Shown here: positions 1-14,925 of the stretch, piece after piece
How the letters are laid out: each line of letters begins with the position of its first letter
Numbering within the stretch: the stretch's first letter is position 1
Assembly: GCA_951406725.2 (NCBI GenBank)
Contig: OX597814.1
Coordinates: 223,324,001 to 223,388,000, forward strand
Origin: Octopus vulgaris
Lineage: Eukaryota
Reading direction: 5' to 3'
DNA: 64,000 nucleotides
Notes under the pieces: generated by a model
Told to the model about the DNA's origin: nothing
The model's input: only the letters and a program-made list of their open reading frames with translations
Database searches by the model: none
Translations under genes and position numbers: made by a program

Positions 1-703
1 TTGTAATATCTGAACAATTAGCAGTTATGTATTTTGTTATCAAATATCAGAAATATGTGATTGCTAAATATAACTATGAAAATGGCAAGCTTTGCTTCTT
101 TTGTTCTGTGTAGGAATATATTTTGATATATTCCAAATTATTTTATGTCTGTTTTAAGGCTCTTTTACATCCATCGTGTTAGAAATAGTCTTCATAAATG
201 CCTCTAGGCAAAATTTCATAATCTCCATACTGTTTTCTAGTATGATATTTATGTACTGAATCAATATTCTTTCGGTCATTCTCCTTCGCAGATATCATTA
301 CGAAGAATGTAAAAGAATTCTTTATTCGAAGTTTTGTGTTTACTGCTCATTTTCTCACATGCGGCAACATACCCTTAAAAATAAAAGGGCATTTCTATAC
401 CGAGAAATATTTCCAGAATATTTGTGTCTTTATGTATGTGTAAGTAAGATCATTCTCTTCTCATAGCTAGGATGAAATCATATGTAAACAGATTTTAACT
501 CTCGTTTCTTGTATTGGTAAAGGACTCGATGGTATAATGACACTGTACACGAGAACGACGACCAAAGTCTTTAAGTATAGCGATATGGCAAATATAAAAT
601 TGTAATATCTGAACAATTAACAGTCATTTATTGTGTTAAAAAATTACAGAAATACGTGATTGTTCAATATAACTATGATTATATTGATACGGTGTCATCG
701 TAA

Positions 704-1098
704 TCTTTATATATAAAAGAGAGGTTGTGTGTCTGTCTGTCTCCTACGATTTAGATTCCTAACTACTCCCACATTTTGCGGTGCAGTTTAACCAAAACCG
801 GGTATCTTATAGTCGTGATTCATATCGAGCCCTTTAGAGATTAGCGCGCGTCTACGATGAGTCTACGATTTAAAAAAAAAATTACCATCAATTTTTCCCA
901 TTTTTAATGCATTTTTGGCATATATAAGGGAAGTAACTCACTAAAAATTTATTATTAAATCACAGAACGTAAAAAGCTACAGTAACCCCCCCCTTTGTGG
1001 TTAGCCATATTGAGATGGCTATTATACTTTACATCTCTAAAAATGCTTATATAGGTATTTCCCTTACAAACCCGAGCAACGCCGGGCGATACTGCTAG
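704..1098 (+). mobile_element. Non-autonomous Helitron (~395 bp)
   Basis: 5' TC terminus (A|TCTTTATATATAAAA). 3' CTAG followed by T. Subterminal hairpin CCCGAGC-AAC-GCCGGG at 1071-1086. No TSD. Near-identical inverted copy at 58610-59005. Confidence 0.9.
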
Positions 1099-1269
1099 TA
1101 CGTTATATAAAAGTTATATTGTAAAGTTTGAACTTCAATCTAAACAAACATCTCCATTTGTTATTATTATAAACTAATGGACAATAGCAATGTTTATCTT
1201 CTCCTATCCTAATATCAGCAAGTATATTGTGAATGGAATTTTACAGGGAGAATTATAAAAAAAGAAGCA

Positions 1270-1685
1270 TAGTTGCAGGGATGGCTGTTCTGTTTAGAAG
1301 CTAGCATTCCAGCCACATGCTTTCGGGTTCAGTTCCAGGGTGCAACATCTTGAGTAAGTATCACTTTGTATAGGCGCAAACCGACCAATGAGTTGATCGA
1401 AGGAAACTGTCCGGAAGCCATGTCGTATATATTTGATGTGTGTGTATGTGTGTGTGTGTGTATGTCTGTGGGCGCTTGTGTTTACGTCTTTGAGTCTGTC
1501 ACTTCACCATCACCCGACAAACGGTGTTGGTTTGGTTACGTCCCTGTAACTCAGGAGTAGGACAATAACAATTGATACGTTAATTGTTAGATTTCAAAAA
1601 TGAATATAGGGCACCATTTGCTCCATTAAACCATTGGAGGTCGTACTCCAGCATGACCGCAGTCGAATGAGATAAAACATAAAAT
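1270..1685 (+). mobile_element. Degenerate tRNA-derived SINE, family D (internal TG microsatellite)
   Basis: Aligns by eye to the reverse complement of 51325-51734 (GGTTCAGTTCC B-box, GGAAACTG, CCAGCATGACCGCAGTC tail). Confidence 0.65.
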
Positions 1686-2624
1686 ATTCGTAATATACTT
1701 TAATATAGTCTCCATAATATAGAGAATATATGTGTGGTGGTAGTGTTTGTTTTGGTGGTAGTGGTGGCTGTGGTGGTGTGTGTGTGTGTATCTGTGTGCG
1801 GACTTGTGTGTTTATATTATTTACATATATATGGAAGTATATATGTATGTGTATATGTGACTTCATTATGTATATAACTATGTGTATATTTTCACATTAA
1901 AAACTTTGATGACTAAATACATACACACACACACACATTCACATACATACTTTCACACACACACACACACACACAGATATAGAGTCACACATGCAGATAC
2001 GAATGTAAATATGTTTATTTATCTAATTTTACTCTACTGAAGATCAAAATACTAATATTAATAGTTTTCACACACACTACTCTTTATATTATATATTGTG
2101 TGTACTATATGACGCCAATAGTCAAAATTATTCCAATAGAACAGACTAAATAACTGTATCTGAAGGCAGAGAAACAGAAATAACGTTTGAAGTCTTTGAC
2201 ACTTCATCAATTTATGACAATTTCTAAAACGTTTCACGAACAAAACATTTGTTAATGAATAAAAATGAAGTAGTATATTGTGCAATTTATGCATTATATT
2301 TCATTAGGAATTTCTCGATATTCAGTGCAAGAAATTGGCTTCGATAGAGCTTTGTCACATTTTAGTGATAAACCCGATTGGAGAAATAAGTAGCTTTTCG
2401 ATAGTATTTCAACCTCTTTCTCTCTCCCTATCTCTCTCTCTCTCTCTTACTCTGTATCCATGTATCACTCTCCCTCTCTCTCCCTCTGTCTCTCTCACAC
2501 ACACGCACATACACACATTTTCTTTCTCGCTCTCGTCTATATGTTTCATTGATTTCTATACCTCTATTTTCTTCCTACTGCAATATTATCTTTCTAGATT
2601 TCTCTATCACACTCACACATGCAC

Positions 2625-2692
<68 letters not shown>

Positions 2693-2708
2693 AAACATGT
2701 ATATATAT

Positions 2709-2761
<53 letters not shown>

Positions 2762-3842
2762 TATATGTATGCATACATACATGCATACATGCATATGTAC
2801 ATATAGACGTGTATCTATGTATTAATGTGTAAAAGTAGTTATATAAATAATGAGGAGAGGGAAAAGCGATAAGCTGGAGACTATTATATTAAGTCATGTC
2901 TAATACAATTGTCTCCCAAGTGTATAATACTTCTTCGTACGCTACCTTTCCACATATGTAACATAGCAATGAGAGCAATCATTTATGTACTTCATGCCTA
3001 TTTCATTGTCATCATCGTACAGCCAGCTTCTCAGGACGCCAATTTTGTTATAGGTAATTTGCCTGTTCTTCACATTTCAATTATATAATTTTATCTGTTT
3101 CTCTCTTAGTCTTTTTCAATCTTTTTCCATATAAATATTTATGAGTTCTTCTCCAAGAAAGTGGTTCTTTGACAGTGGTAAGCATTTTCTTCAATCACCT
3201 TTGCATAGAGAAAGTAAACTGGCTTCGTTAATATTATATATTTTAGTTTTATATTCATATTGTCTTTAAGTGTAATGGGTTATTGAACTTTAAAGCACAC
3301 TGTTGCTTAAATTCAATTAATAGCATGAACAAGGGAAAGAAATCTGTAGAATGTTTAGAAAATTTATGTAAGTCTTAGTATGAATTAGAAATAGTAAAGA
3401 TCACAAGACAGACATTTAATAACAGTCTCACCACTGGAACAAAACAAGAACACCTATACATTTAATAGGCTAGTCAAAGAGCGTCTATGAATTGTATATC
3501 TAAAGGAAAACTTTTGAAGGCAGGCGATTGTCCTCGAAATGCTTGCACATGAAGTGGACACCATAAAAGCAAACACAATCTAATGGCCTGGTGATTTTGC
3601 TGAACTGAACAAACAGATTCACTCCCATCATCAGGCCGTCACACATTTCTTACATTCAAAATTCTACTCACAAACTACCCAGAATCATGGTAAAATCTCT
3701 TACAACAAATGTATTGAAAATAGATCGAAACGAAATTACAAACCTTTGAAGAGTTCTTCTTGACAACATTTCCAACCATGCACTTATTTATACCCACGCT
3801 TAATTAATTAGACGCGTCACGATCCCTAGATCTCATAAAGCC

Positions 3843-4089
3843 GGAGCTTAACCCGGTCGTTTTCTATGGTGTAAAAGTGAATGAGGAAATAACACACACC
3901 TCGGAACAGTAGACCAGTCCGTTGCAGGGTTAAGCAGACATTGCCAGAACTAATATAGCAGCTGAATGGACAGGAGCAACTTGAAATGATTTGTTTTGCT
4001 CAAGAAGACAAAGCATTATCCAGTCGGGAATTGAAACCACGATTTAATGCTCTAATATGCAACAGCATAACCACTAATCCACGGCGCCT
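3843..4089 (-). mobile_element. tRNA-derived SINE, head B + tail Z (degenerate)
   Basis: Minus strand reads GGCGCCGTGGATTAGTGG...GTTTCAATTCCC...CTTGAGCAAAAC...GTTGCTCCTGTCC, matching the head at 56091. It continues CCCTGCAACGGACTGG...CATAGAAA...GGGTTAAGCTCC, matching the tail at 60190-60270. Confidence 0.65.
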
Positions 4090-5084
4090 TCCTTGGCATG
4101 AAACAATTACATAGATGAATTCTATAAAAACTAAATTCAGCGCCTGAAATTTCCACACGAGGAAGTGAAACTAGCAATCATAGACAAAACTTTGTGAAAG
4201 TCTTCTAAAATATGTAAAATGTATATGAAATGAAGATTCAATTAAGTCTGACACTCAAAAGCAGGAATAGTCTCTGCTCCAGGCTTAATTACTAATAATT
4301 GCAATAATATATTGCTATTGTATCTAATATTGCTTCGCTTGTATCATTGTCTGCAAAGAGATGTGCCTGGTATTTATTACACCAATTATTATATTATCTC
4401 TTGTCATTGGTATGATTGGGATTCAACGTACAGGTATTCTTATCTAACGCCATTTTCAATTTTACCAAATAGAAAAAAGGTAAAATAAAAGAAAACGTTT
4501 CAATCTCATGAACAATAATCTCAGATTCATGATCCTTTTGTTTGGTGAATTTGAGAGATAAAAGGAAGATATAATGTAGACACGAAATAATGATAATCGC
4601 TATTATTTTTATTACTTCTGCAAATCGAAATGCAATTTATGTTTCTTTGTGTTCTAAAACAATAGCGAAGAATTCAGTAATTACAATAATGACACGATGT
4701 ATTCGCAAATATGGTTACGTGTATTTCCCAGCTGCCCCTAGGAAAATAATTATCAACTTAGAAGCGACTAATCGTTGTTGTTATTATTCTTGCTAGTGAT
4801 GCTGTTGTTTACCCACGATCATCATTAATCGCTCATACTTATGACTAAATACGTTTCAATCAGGCCTTTCTTCATAATTTCATGTCTATTGCATAAAGGA
4901 AAAAGTTTATATATGGTGAGTCGCTTTGTTCTTTGTAGTCGCTAGGGCTTAACTTCAGAGAGAATTCGGAGCTATTAATAATATTCTGTTGAAGTGAGAT
5001 GCAATTCGATGAGATTAAACTGCTAGAGATATTACTGAAAGATAACATGCTGCAATATGAGAACAGTTACGATACATGTGATAC

Positions 5085-6433
5085 TACGAGGGTGAGCCAA
5101 ACGTTAAAAGGCTGACTCTAAAGGAGGGATGCTAAAGATGTGAAATCGTGTATGCATTAATTTCAATTCTTCTTATTAATAACTGCATTGTTTATTTACA
5201 GGTAAACTGACAGCTGACTCTTGAAAGAAGAGTTTAAATGTAACTAGTTGCGACTTCTCTTTAAAATGGATAAAATTTGGACTAGTTATCAAATACCATC
5301 AGAAAAAGGGATTAGACTTCAACGGCATTCATACTGACATAGTTGCTACATTAGGAGATAAGGCTTCAGTTTTATCAATAGTACAAAAACAAGCAACTGA
5401 ATTTGAGAGTGGAAAGGAGAGTTTTGATGACGACATAAGATTTGGATAATCCAGTAGTTAGAGTTGTTACAATCTTGTTATAAAGTTGATATGTGTTATA
5501 ATACTTGTGCATCGTACGACAAAATAGATTCAGAAAAATGTGCATAAATGTGCAAATATACATTCACACAAACAGGTGTACATGGACGAATGCAAAGTGT
5601 ATGCAACCGATCTCAAAATCGGATGCATAATTCGTAGAAAATTCAAGATTATAATCATGATTATTATGAAGGTCTCAATCCGAAATATATTTGGCATTAT
5701 CTCCCTTTTCCGCAGACATCTATCGTGTTCATCACATAGTGATAGGTGACAAACGATTGACTATAAATCAATTAGCCAATGCTATTAGCATATGTGAGAG
5801 AGTACAGCATATTCTGAACAATGTATTTGGCCTGACGAAGAATTCTGCTCGGTGGGTGCCACATCTGACACTTTGTCTGAGATAGGTGCAGCTGGTTTTC
5901 TTAAACGTTTTCTAAGTCGAGGTAAGTATAGGGTCCATCATTTTGAGCTAGGTACATATAGACAATCCATGCAGTAGAAACACACCTCTTCAACTGTTAG
6001 AAAGGAGGATAGGGTCGTTTTATCTGCAGGGAATGTGACAGCTTTGGGATGCAAAACGAAATCATATTTATTGATTATCATCAAAGGGTCACCTCATCAA
6101 TAGAGACTAGCATGGCAACTTTTTGAGGCAGGTACGAAAGGCTATCAAGAGCAATGGCCCAGGAAAACTGACGAACGGCGTCTTGTTTCATCAGAACAAT
6201 GCTCCAGCACACACGTCCTTGGGTTCAGTAAATGCTCTGTGTGTCTCTGGATTTGAACTGATTGATCACCCAGCCTATTCTCCTGATTTGGCCCCATCTC
6301 ACGATCATATGTTCCTCAACATGAAGAAAAGAATTGGATGGGAAGCAGTATCGCAGTATCGCCTGATGTTAAAAATAAACATCAATTGGTCACACTGTTG
6401 GTCAGCCTATGACATTTTCTGTCCACCTTCGTA
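5085..6433 (+). mobile_element. Mariner DNA transposon, degenerate transposase pseudogene
   Basis: TA-flanked imperfect TIRs TACGAGGGTG...AGGCTGAC / GTCAGCCT...CACCTTCGTA. Transposase motifs SARWVPH(L) (ORF 5691-5885) and FHQNNAPAH...HPAYSPDLAPS (ORF 6123-6473). Stops and frameshifts present. Confidence 0.9.
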
Positions 6434-9400
6434 CATTATGATAAAGATTATATATTGTTATATATACCAGTGAATTTAATTGAGAATATTCTATTTCCCT
6501 TTGTGATTTTGCTTCTTTATTAAGTTGTCTGTGCTTTCTCTCTTGTCCCTTCAAAAGAACTCGTATTTTCTAAATATATGGAATGTTACTCCTCCGTTTA
6601 CGCCTTTGGACGTAGCTACACATCACCACAATGTAGCCAGAATGTTTGAAAGTGGTAACTTAACTTACTGGAAATAGGATCTAAACCTTCCTGAAATAGC
6701 ATTTTAATATCCTTGAGAATAGGACGAACAGTTTCGATGTTGTATCACGAGTGTCAACGAGGACAGGCCGGTTGTGGCTAGATCATCTTTTGTTCATAGT
6801 TTAGCTCGATCGTGGCTGACATTGTGCCAAACAACAATAGTATAATATTAAATACTTCTTATTTAAATAGAAATGTCATCGCATCTAAAGATTCACACTG
6901 ATTTGTGTTATGATTTTCCTTAAGCTAAGCACTACATATTAACAAATTAAGTTTAAACTTAATAATTTACATTTTTATTATTAAACTTAATAATACAATC
7001 AATCTTTGATTGTATTATTTCCCCCTGAAGCTAATTTGGGCAAGACAGTTCGACATCAAATGTATGTAGATAACTTCAAAATGATGGACGAAAATATACG
7101 GTTAGTTACTAGTTGGACCTTTCAAATTTTTAGCCGTTGATTAACGTCGCTTTATCCTTTAGAGGATATATAGTTAATTCCAAATTCCTCGAAAAGTAGA
7201 TGATGTCTAATGCAAGTATCTTGTATTAACTGCAGCAGCGCTCAAAATTGTGTTGCAGTTTTATTTTCGGCGATTTCTTCTTATTTTGTGCACAGATGGT
7301 AAACTAAAACGGAGATAATTTTTACGTAAGCGGAGAGAAAACTGCCTCAAGCAGATTTTTAAATCGTATTCTGCATTTTTTGTCAGGAACTACATAGGAT
7401 ATATATTTTGTTTTTCATAGAAACAGATACGATATCGCAACATGTAATTGTAACTTGTTAATCAATGAGAGTAATATTTAAACGCGTTGTAGTTTCTCAC
7501 AAAGCGTATTAATCACTTCCGGATCAGCTTTCCAAACGAAGGTCAACTATGCCAGGCAATCATAAGCTAAAGATGCTAACATTCAGATGGAATTTTTCTT
7601 AACTGGAACTGAATTGATTATGAGTGATATAATAATTCCAGTGAGTGATATAGTAATTACAAAAGGGCTCATGTGAAGTTTGCTACATGACAGAAGAAAC
7701 GTAGGAAGGCAATCCCTAAGGGACATATTCTAAACCAAATCTAACATAAATAGATTAAAAATTCCCACAACAACATTTCAAAATCTATATTGAAGCACAA
7801 AAAAAATGGAGGTTAACTCGCTATAAAACATGCAGATAATGGATTAAGTCGTCTAAATAATATTAAAGAAATTAGAGAAATGATTAAGTCTCGATCCTTC
7901 ATGCCAGTGGGGCTTACATTTCCCTCTCCTCCTATGTACATTTTGTGTGTTTCAAAACTGGCTGGATTAAAGTCTTATAGGAAACTGACACCAGAATAAA
8001 TGTTGAAAGTATAAACATATATATGTATGGACGTGTAGCAAGTCATAAAAGGCGGCAATATGACGTAATGGTCGTTTGCCCGAACAAGCATAATTGTTGG
8101 TATCCAACTGGTCAAAATTACTGCCCATATATGAATTCTAAACTTTCGCCAAAGAAATGTTTCACAAAATACGGTTCTTAGAATTCGGATATGAGCAGTT
8201 ATAAAAACTCTGATTTTTGGGAAAATACTCAGTGTTCGTAGGATTGTTACTAATCTCCACGGCACTCATGGTAGTGATCGTTGGATGTTACTAAATTCTC
8301 CACGACACTCACTTGTTGAGATATTGGCTATTTTCTATGCCATGTCTATGATAAAAATTCAACAAGACTTATTTGAATTGTTGTGAACTCTAGTAGTTAG
8401 TATGAAAGATTAGTTTGTGTGAATTTTAAGTCGTAATTCTCAATGACAAAATGACTTTACTTTCCAATTATACTATAAATGCTAAATGTACATAAATAAA
8501 ATAATGTAGCAATTATTTCCTCTTTCTTCACGTTCTTCAACTTGTTAATGAAATTTATTTCTGCAATTATGAAACTGCATTTTGTCGTGGAGTTTAGTAA
8601 TACCCAACGAATACTGATTAATTTCCCCAAAATCAAGGTATTTATAACTGCTCATTTCCGAATTCTAAGGACCGTATTTCGTGATACATTTCTTTGACCA
8701 AAGTTTAGAATTTGTATATGGGCAGTAATTTTAACCAATGGGATACCAACAATTATGCTTGAACGGGCAAACGAACATTACGTCATACACGTGTATAAGT
8801 GTATGTGTTGTGTATATATATGTATATACATGTATACACATTAATATTGGTATGGATATGTATATATATGTTTTGCGTGTATGTATATATGTATATATAT
8901 ATAAAAGCATAGACATACATATAAACAACATACATACGTACATGCATACATACGTACATATATATATACATACATACACAGTTACACTGCATTGAATCAC
9001 ACAAGAATGTGTGTTGATATTGAATTTCTAATGAAGGAGCCCCGGATCTAGGTTAGAAACCCGCTCTTTGTCTAATGGCAACAAATCATGAAATAAAACT
9101 GAATAACATATGTGTACTTAATACATACATACACACACATACATACATGTATATATACATACATTATGTTGCAGAGGTTTAATGTCCAGATGTTATAGTA
9201 CTGTATAGTAACACCTAATACAGTTAAACGGTTGTCTGGTCATTTGTTCATTTAAGAGTAGAACCGAGGCACGTGACATGGTACAAGTGAGAAGATCTGA
9301 ACTGTTGGCGTATAGATATCCATTCGGTACGATACTGGCCCTCATCCAACTCTATTAGGCTCAACAGTGATCAATCTGGCGCCGATTACTTCCTTATTCA

Positions 9401-10102
9401 ACTATTTAATGAAGTGTAAATGCAGTTGTAAATGAGAGTATGTGTACATGCGTGTTTGAGTTAAATTATGGTCTAAACGTGCTTCTGATTTTTCTAGTTT
9501 ATTACAAATTGCTTCATCTTATAATTTAACCTAACCTACTTCCCGTTTACAGTGTACCGAACGTTTTAAAATTTAAGCCTGCAGATACTATTTCTGCTTT
9601 TTTTCTTGTTTTCCGTTTTCCTATTCATTCAAAATCTTCAATCAATATAAATACCTTCAAGACTCCCTAAAAATAAAAGTAACAACAAAATCAAAGATAA
9701 AGATGCCAAAAGAAAATAAAAAAAATTAATACAGCTAACATTGTAATCTCTTCCTTTTTCATATTTATATTTGCTTCTTTTTTCCTGCCTGGTAGATTAC
9801 GATTCTAATTGATTCCGTATCAAAACGTATCCACAGAGCCAGCGGCAACGTTTGATTAAAATTTGGCAACTACATTAAACATTTATTAGCAGTTCATTTG
9901 CTTTTCTAGAATTAAACTAAGATTGTAAGTTTCCATTCCCGTTACTCTTCAATTGAGTAATTTTTGGATGGATTGGTCTTTTTACATATATCATTTATTT
10001 TATTTTATTTTGTTTTATGTTATTTTAATAATCCTCAACGATTTATTTCGGGGAAAATGTTTTAAGAATAGCATTTTTTGCCTGTTTGTGCACATTTTAT
10101 AT

Positions 10103-10166
<64 letters not shown>

Positions 10167-10204
10167 TATATATAAAGTATATATTATATGCGCACACACA
10201 CACT

Positions 10205-10272
<68 letters not shown>

Positions 10273-12803
10273 TGTATGTATGTATGTATGTATGTATGCA
10301 TGGATGGATGCATGTGTGTATATATCTACATATATCTACGGATGTATATATTTATATATCTAAATATATATACATGCGTATATGTTTATACAAGGATTTT
10401 TATACGTATCCGTTTCTGTTTCAATGTGTGTGTGTCAGTGTATGTGCGCGTGTGCGTGTGTATGTGTTTGTATGTGTGTGAGATAAAATGGTTCTGAAAA
10501 TACTGAACTGCTTTAGTAGGTAAATCATTTACTCGCTCTGAATTGGACTTAATATTTTTTTTCTCTTATCACTGAGTGCCTTAATTAATACTATCACAGC
10601 AACGGAATGGCTTCGTGTATTGGAATTAAGACGAATGATAAAGTTCTTTCCTTATGACCACTTACCAATCATTGCCTGAGAATGATTGTGAACATGCATT
10701 TATATATGTTCTCGACTGTTTCATTCGCTCTCTGAAGACTATCTTAATTTCTGAAGTTAAGTTGTCTACTTTATAATAAAGTAACTTTTGGTTATATGAA
10801 ATATTCTAAAACAATGAATATCAATGTTTTTGTAAGTTACAAAAGGCTCAGTTGGAAGTATACGCAAGGCCTTACAGTAATACGGGGGAAATGGAAGAGC
10901 ATTTTCAATTTAATTTCTCACTGTATTGCGTATATAAAGGTGTAAAACTCTGTTCTGCATAATATTTTTGAGTCCTTGATCAGGAAATATTACACAACCA
11001 GTCATAAATATTCCAGCAGTAAAACATCAAAAGCAACATAAATGTGGGTACTAATTGCAGCGCAACACCAGCATAGATACTCAAAAGTGTATAGACCCCA
11101 TGTGACGAATTGTATGCAGCCACAGTCTTCCAACGACTCATATCCTATAGATTTGTGAAAATCAAGTGTCACTCAAGTTCCTCTATCTAATATCAACTGA
11201 GATCAAAGTTCATCTCGTTCTCTGGAATCAAAGAGCAGTGTACGATGTAAACATGCAATTTTGTTTGCTCTAATTTCTGAAACCCTTTATAATCTTTTTT
11301 TAATTTTTTCACTTTAGCTGCATCCTATACATGCCGGTATAAATTCTTCCTATTCAAATTTGGATATGGATATCACACACACACATACACACATAGACAC
11401 ACGAACGCACGCACCCCACCCATATACACACACACATATACATATGAAAAAATGTTCAGAGCTAAACAAATGGTACTAAAATATATAAAATCACACCCGT
11501 CTTTGTCAGGCAAATGTGCCCACTACTACTGATATTTTGTTTTTATTTTTGCTGTATTTGTTCTTGATTTAATCGCGTGTACTGCGCCACATCTTCAAGC
11601 CCTTTCAGTTTTAGCTTTGTCCCTGCGATATGAACAGCTTTTCACCGTCTCCATTTCACTCTCAACACTATCTAAATTGCTTCACAAACGATGCAGCCAA
11701 GAAACCATCACAATATCATATCTCAGAATGCTTGTCACATCATCACATTATTTGTACACAAGTAATGTTAAACATTTTCTATCAGCTATAGATTTTCAAC
11801 AGCACTGAAAAGTCAAATTTCTGTACAGCATCTTAAGAGGTAATTGATCATCTTAGGGACCTGAGATGCATTTTCTCATTCTCTCCACTATTATAACCGT
11901 ATTTCAGCCATTTTGATTCGTTGCATAACCTTCCAAAATGGTCGTGTTGCCTTAGCCAAAGATTGAATTTCTCTGCAATGCATACATATTTACATATACA
12001 CATGCACGCACATATGAATAAGTATATTAAAATACATAAATATACACATGCATAACTCCATTCAATTTGACACACACACAGACACACACACACAGGCGCA
12101 CACATATTTGTATGCGTATATATGTGTATGTGTATTATATTGCATTGTCACATATTTTAATATAACTGAATATACATGTATATGTGTGTGTGGAAAAGTG
12201 GAAAATGAAACCGAATACTAAACCATACAAATACATTCCTTCACGCCCATTCGATAAAATGCTTCTGCGCAGAGCTAACCTCGGAGCAATTCAGTATAAA
12301 CTTCCGCTTGCTGCCTGCTCTTTCACACTTTTCACATCAAAGTTAGTTCGCTAAGTCTTGAGAATATCTTTCTCAATATATTACCTAGCCACTCACCTTC
12401 ATTGCTCGAAAACAAAAATAAAAGTGGGCTCTCAAGAGTAAAATCCACATTCATTAATAAAATCAAATAAGAAATTAAAAGTAAATAATTAACTGAATAA
12501 CCAGCAGCTTCAGCAGTGATGACGTCGAAGCTAAGAATTATCAGTTTCAGAACAGGAAAAGAAAACTTGCTCGACAGTTTTGTGGTTGTAGATGCTGGGA
12601 GTCTTCTATTCTAGTTCTGGTTATTCCAGGCCGACCGAAGACCTTTGAGTGCATTTGGTAGAGAGAAATGAAAGGAGCACGACATATAAATATACACACG
12701 TACCTAGACACGTGTATACATACATATACACACACACACACAGACAGACACACACACACAAACACACAGACACACACATACACACACACACACACACACA
12801 CAT

Positions 12804-12843
<40 letters not shown>

Positions 12844-13005
12844 ATAAAAACGGTAAGATAACAAAAGAAAGAAAGAGACTTCGATATTATATAAATAGAT
12901 GACCGGATAACTGAAGAGATAGCGGCGTGAATTTCCACCTCGGCATCCAAAATGGCTACCGAATAATTGTCACATGTTACATTTACAGATATATATATAT
13001 TTATA

Positions 13006-13905
13006 TATATATAAATGGGCAGAAAAAAACAATATGCTGCTGAACGAGGATAAATTTGAGCTAATCCACTTTGGAAAAGAGGATGCCCTGAAACTCCCAT
13101 ACTCCCTTCCTTCAGGTGAAACTCTCGCGGCGTCCAACAACATCAGAGACTTGGGAGTAATTGTGGACAACAACGTAAGCTGGGCCACTCATATAAACAC
13201 CAAAGTTGACATGGCCCGCAGAATGTGTTCCTGGATTCTCAGAACTTTCCAGTCGAGAGATATCCACACCATTATCCTTCTCTTCTCCACTTTTGCCCGA
13301 CCCCACCTTGAATACTGTTGTCCACTGTGGTCTCCCCACACAATACAAGGTATCATAAAAGTTGAAGCACCTCAAAGGGCAATCATAAAAAAGATAGATG
13401 GCATGACAGGCCTCGACTATTGGGGTCGGCTAGAAAAGCTAAAACTCTATTCTCTCCAACGTCGTCGTGAGCGCTACATCATCTGCATGATGTGGAAAAT
13501 ATTCCATCAGCATTGCCCAAATGATGTTGGCATCACCTTTAAGGTACATCCAAGGCTTGGGCCCCGTGCCATCCGCCCAAAACAAAAATCGCACTCTCAT
13601 CTCATAACAACAATACGGCACAATTATTTCACCTCAATTGGCCCCGCTCTCTTTAACATTACACCAAAACACATTAAAACAGAAACTGACCCTATAGGGT
13701 TCAAGAAGTCTTTGGACAGATTCCTTCAAGAAATCCCGGATAAACCCCCTACACCTGGATATGTCTCTGTAAACAATAACTCTCTACTTGAGTGGGCCAT
13801 AGTGCCCAAATTCTGACTTGAAAGACTTCACCAGGTGGTGCTATTAAGTTAGACATGGCCTGGGCCAATAATGGCCGAAACCTATCAAAGTATCAAAGTA
13901 TCAAA

Positions 13906-13906
<1 letters not shown>
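13006..13906 (+). mobile_element. 5'-truncated CR1-type LINE (C-terminal ORF2 + 3' UTR)
   Basis: ORF 12974-13816 has KWAEKNNMLLN.DKF, RDLGVIVD, RPHLEYCCPLWSPH and LYSLQRRRER, typical of the CR1-group post-RT region. 3' stem-loop GGCCA-ATAA-TGGCC followed by (TATCAAAG)x3. Embedded in (TA)n. Confidence 0.88.
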
Positions 13907-13937
<31 letters not shown>

Positions 13938-13939
<2 letters not shown>

Positions 13940-14250
13940 CACGGCTCAGAGTCGTGAGATAGTGAATTAGATTCCCGGACTATGTACTCTGTGTGTTCTT
14001 GAGCAAGACACTTTCACTTGAGCAAGACACGTTCAAACAGCCGTAGAAGTTAGTTAGGATGTCACTGGTGCCAAGCTGTATCCGCCTTTCCCTTTTCCCT
14101 TGGATAACATCAGTGGCATGGAGAGGATAGACTGGTATGCATGAGCACCTGCTGGTCTTCTATAAACAAGCATGCCCGGACTTGTGCCGCGGAGGGTAAC
14201 CTTCTAGGTGCAATCCCATGGTCATTCATAATCGAAAGGAGCCTTTACAT
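13938..14250 (+). mobile_element. tRNA-derived SINE, head B + tail W (degenerate)
   Basis: GATTCCCGG...TGTGTTCTTGAGCAAGACACTTT is shared with the head at 56091, followed by an unrelated 3' body. Confidence 0.55.
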
Positions 14251-14349
14251 TTTATATGTGTGTGTTTGTGCTTGTGTGTGAGTGTGTGTGTGTATGTGTG
14301 TGTGCGTGTGTGTGTGTGTGTATAGATTGATTGCTACCATTGCATTACT

Positions 14350-14750
14350 AAAAAGGTCTGTTTTCATCAGGTGAGTTTGAACTTAGGTGAAAGATTCCGA
14401 GCGACACGCTTTGGTAGCCATGTATATATATATATATATTCATGTGTGCGTGTGTGTGTATGTGTGTGTTTTCTTTTGTGTGTGTACGTCTGTGCGTGCG
14501 TGTGTATGTGCATGTCTGTGTGTTTGTATTTCTGCTCGTCCTTCGCTGCCGCTTGACAACAAGTTTTGCATTGCTTACATCCCGTAATCTATTGGTTCGG
14601 CAAAAAGAAAAATGACTGTGTAGAAAATTGTCTGACAGAAAACGTACCACGCTTAAATATAGAAGCTCTGTCGTAGAATTGTTCGACAAAGTTGTTTAAG
14701 GCAATACCCCAGTATGACCACAGTCCAAAGACTGAAACAAATAAAAGACA
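14350..14750 (+). mobile_element. SINE family D, 3' two-thirds
   Basis: GCTTGACAAC...GGTTCGGCAAAA...CCCAGTATGACCACAGTCCAAAGACTGAAACAA matches the reverse complement of 51325-51600. Confidence 0.6.
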
Positions 14751-14925
14751 CACGCTAAGAAATTAACTCAACTCGATAGTGTTCAAATAATTCGTCATAA
14801 ACCATGACTTGATGATATTCGTCTAATGCTATGGGCAGATCGTCAAATACCATGGTCCAATAATTTATGAAAATAGTATACCCAGCAACAGTGTGAAATA
14901 AATTAGGGGGATTCTAAAGAAAGAA

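Noticed and set aside
2335-2825. Many 60-140 aa ORFs rich in YI/HT/CV/II repeats (here and throughout the window)
   Set aside because: They are translations of (TA)n, (CA)n, (TAA)n and (CATA)n microsatellites, not genes.
9025-9070. CTAATGA...hairpin...GAAAC hammerhead-like motif (similar weak cases at ~15255-15330 and ~35290-35345)
   Set aside because: The core, stem I and cleavage site are too degenerate to call.
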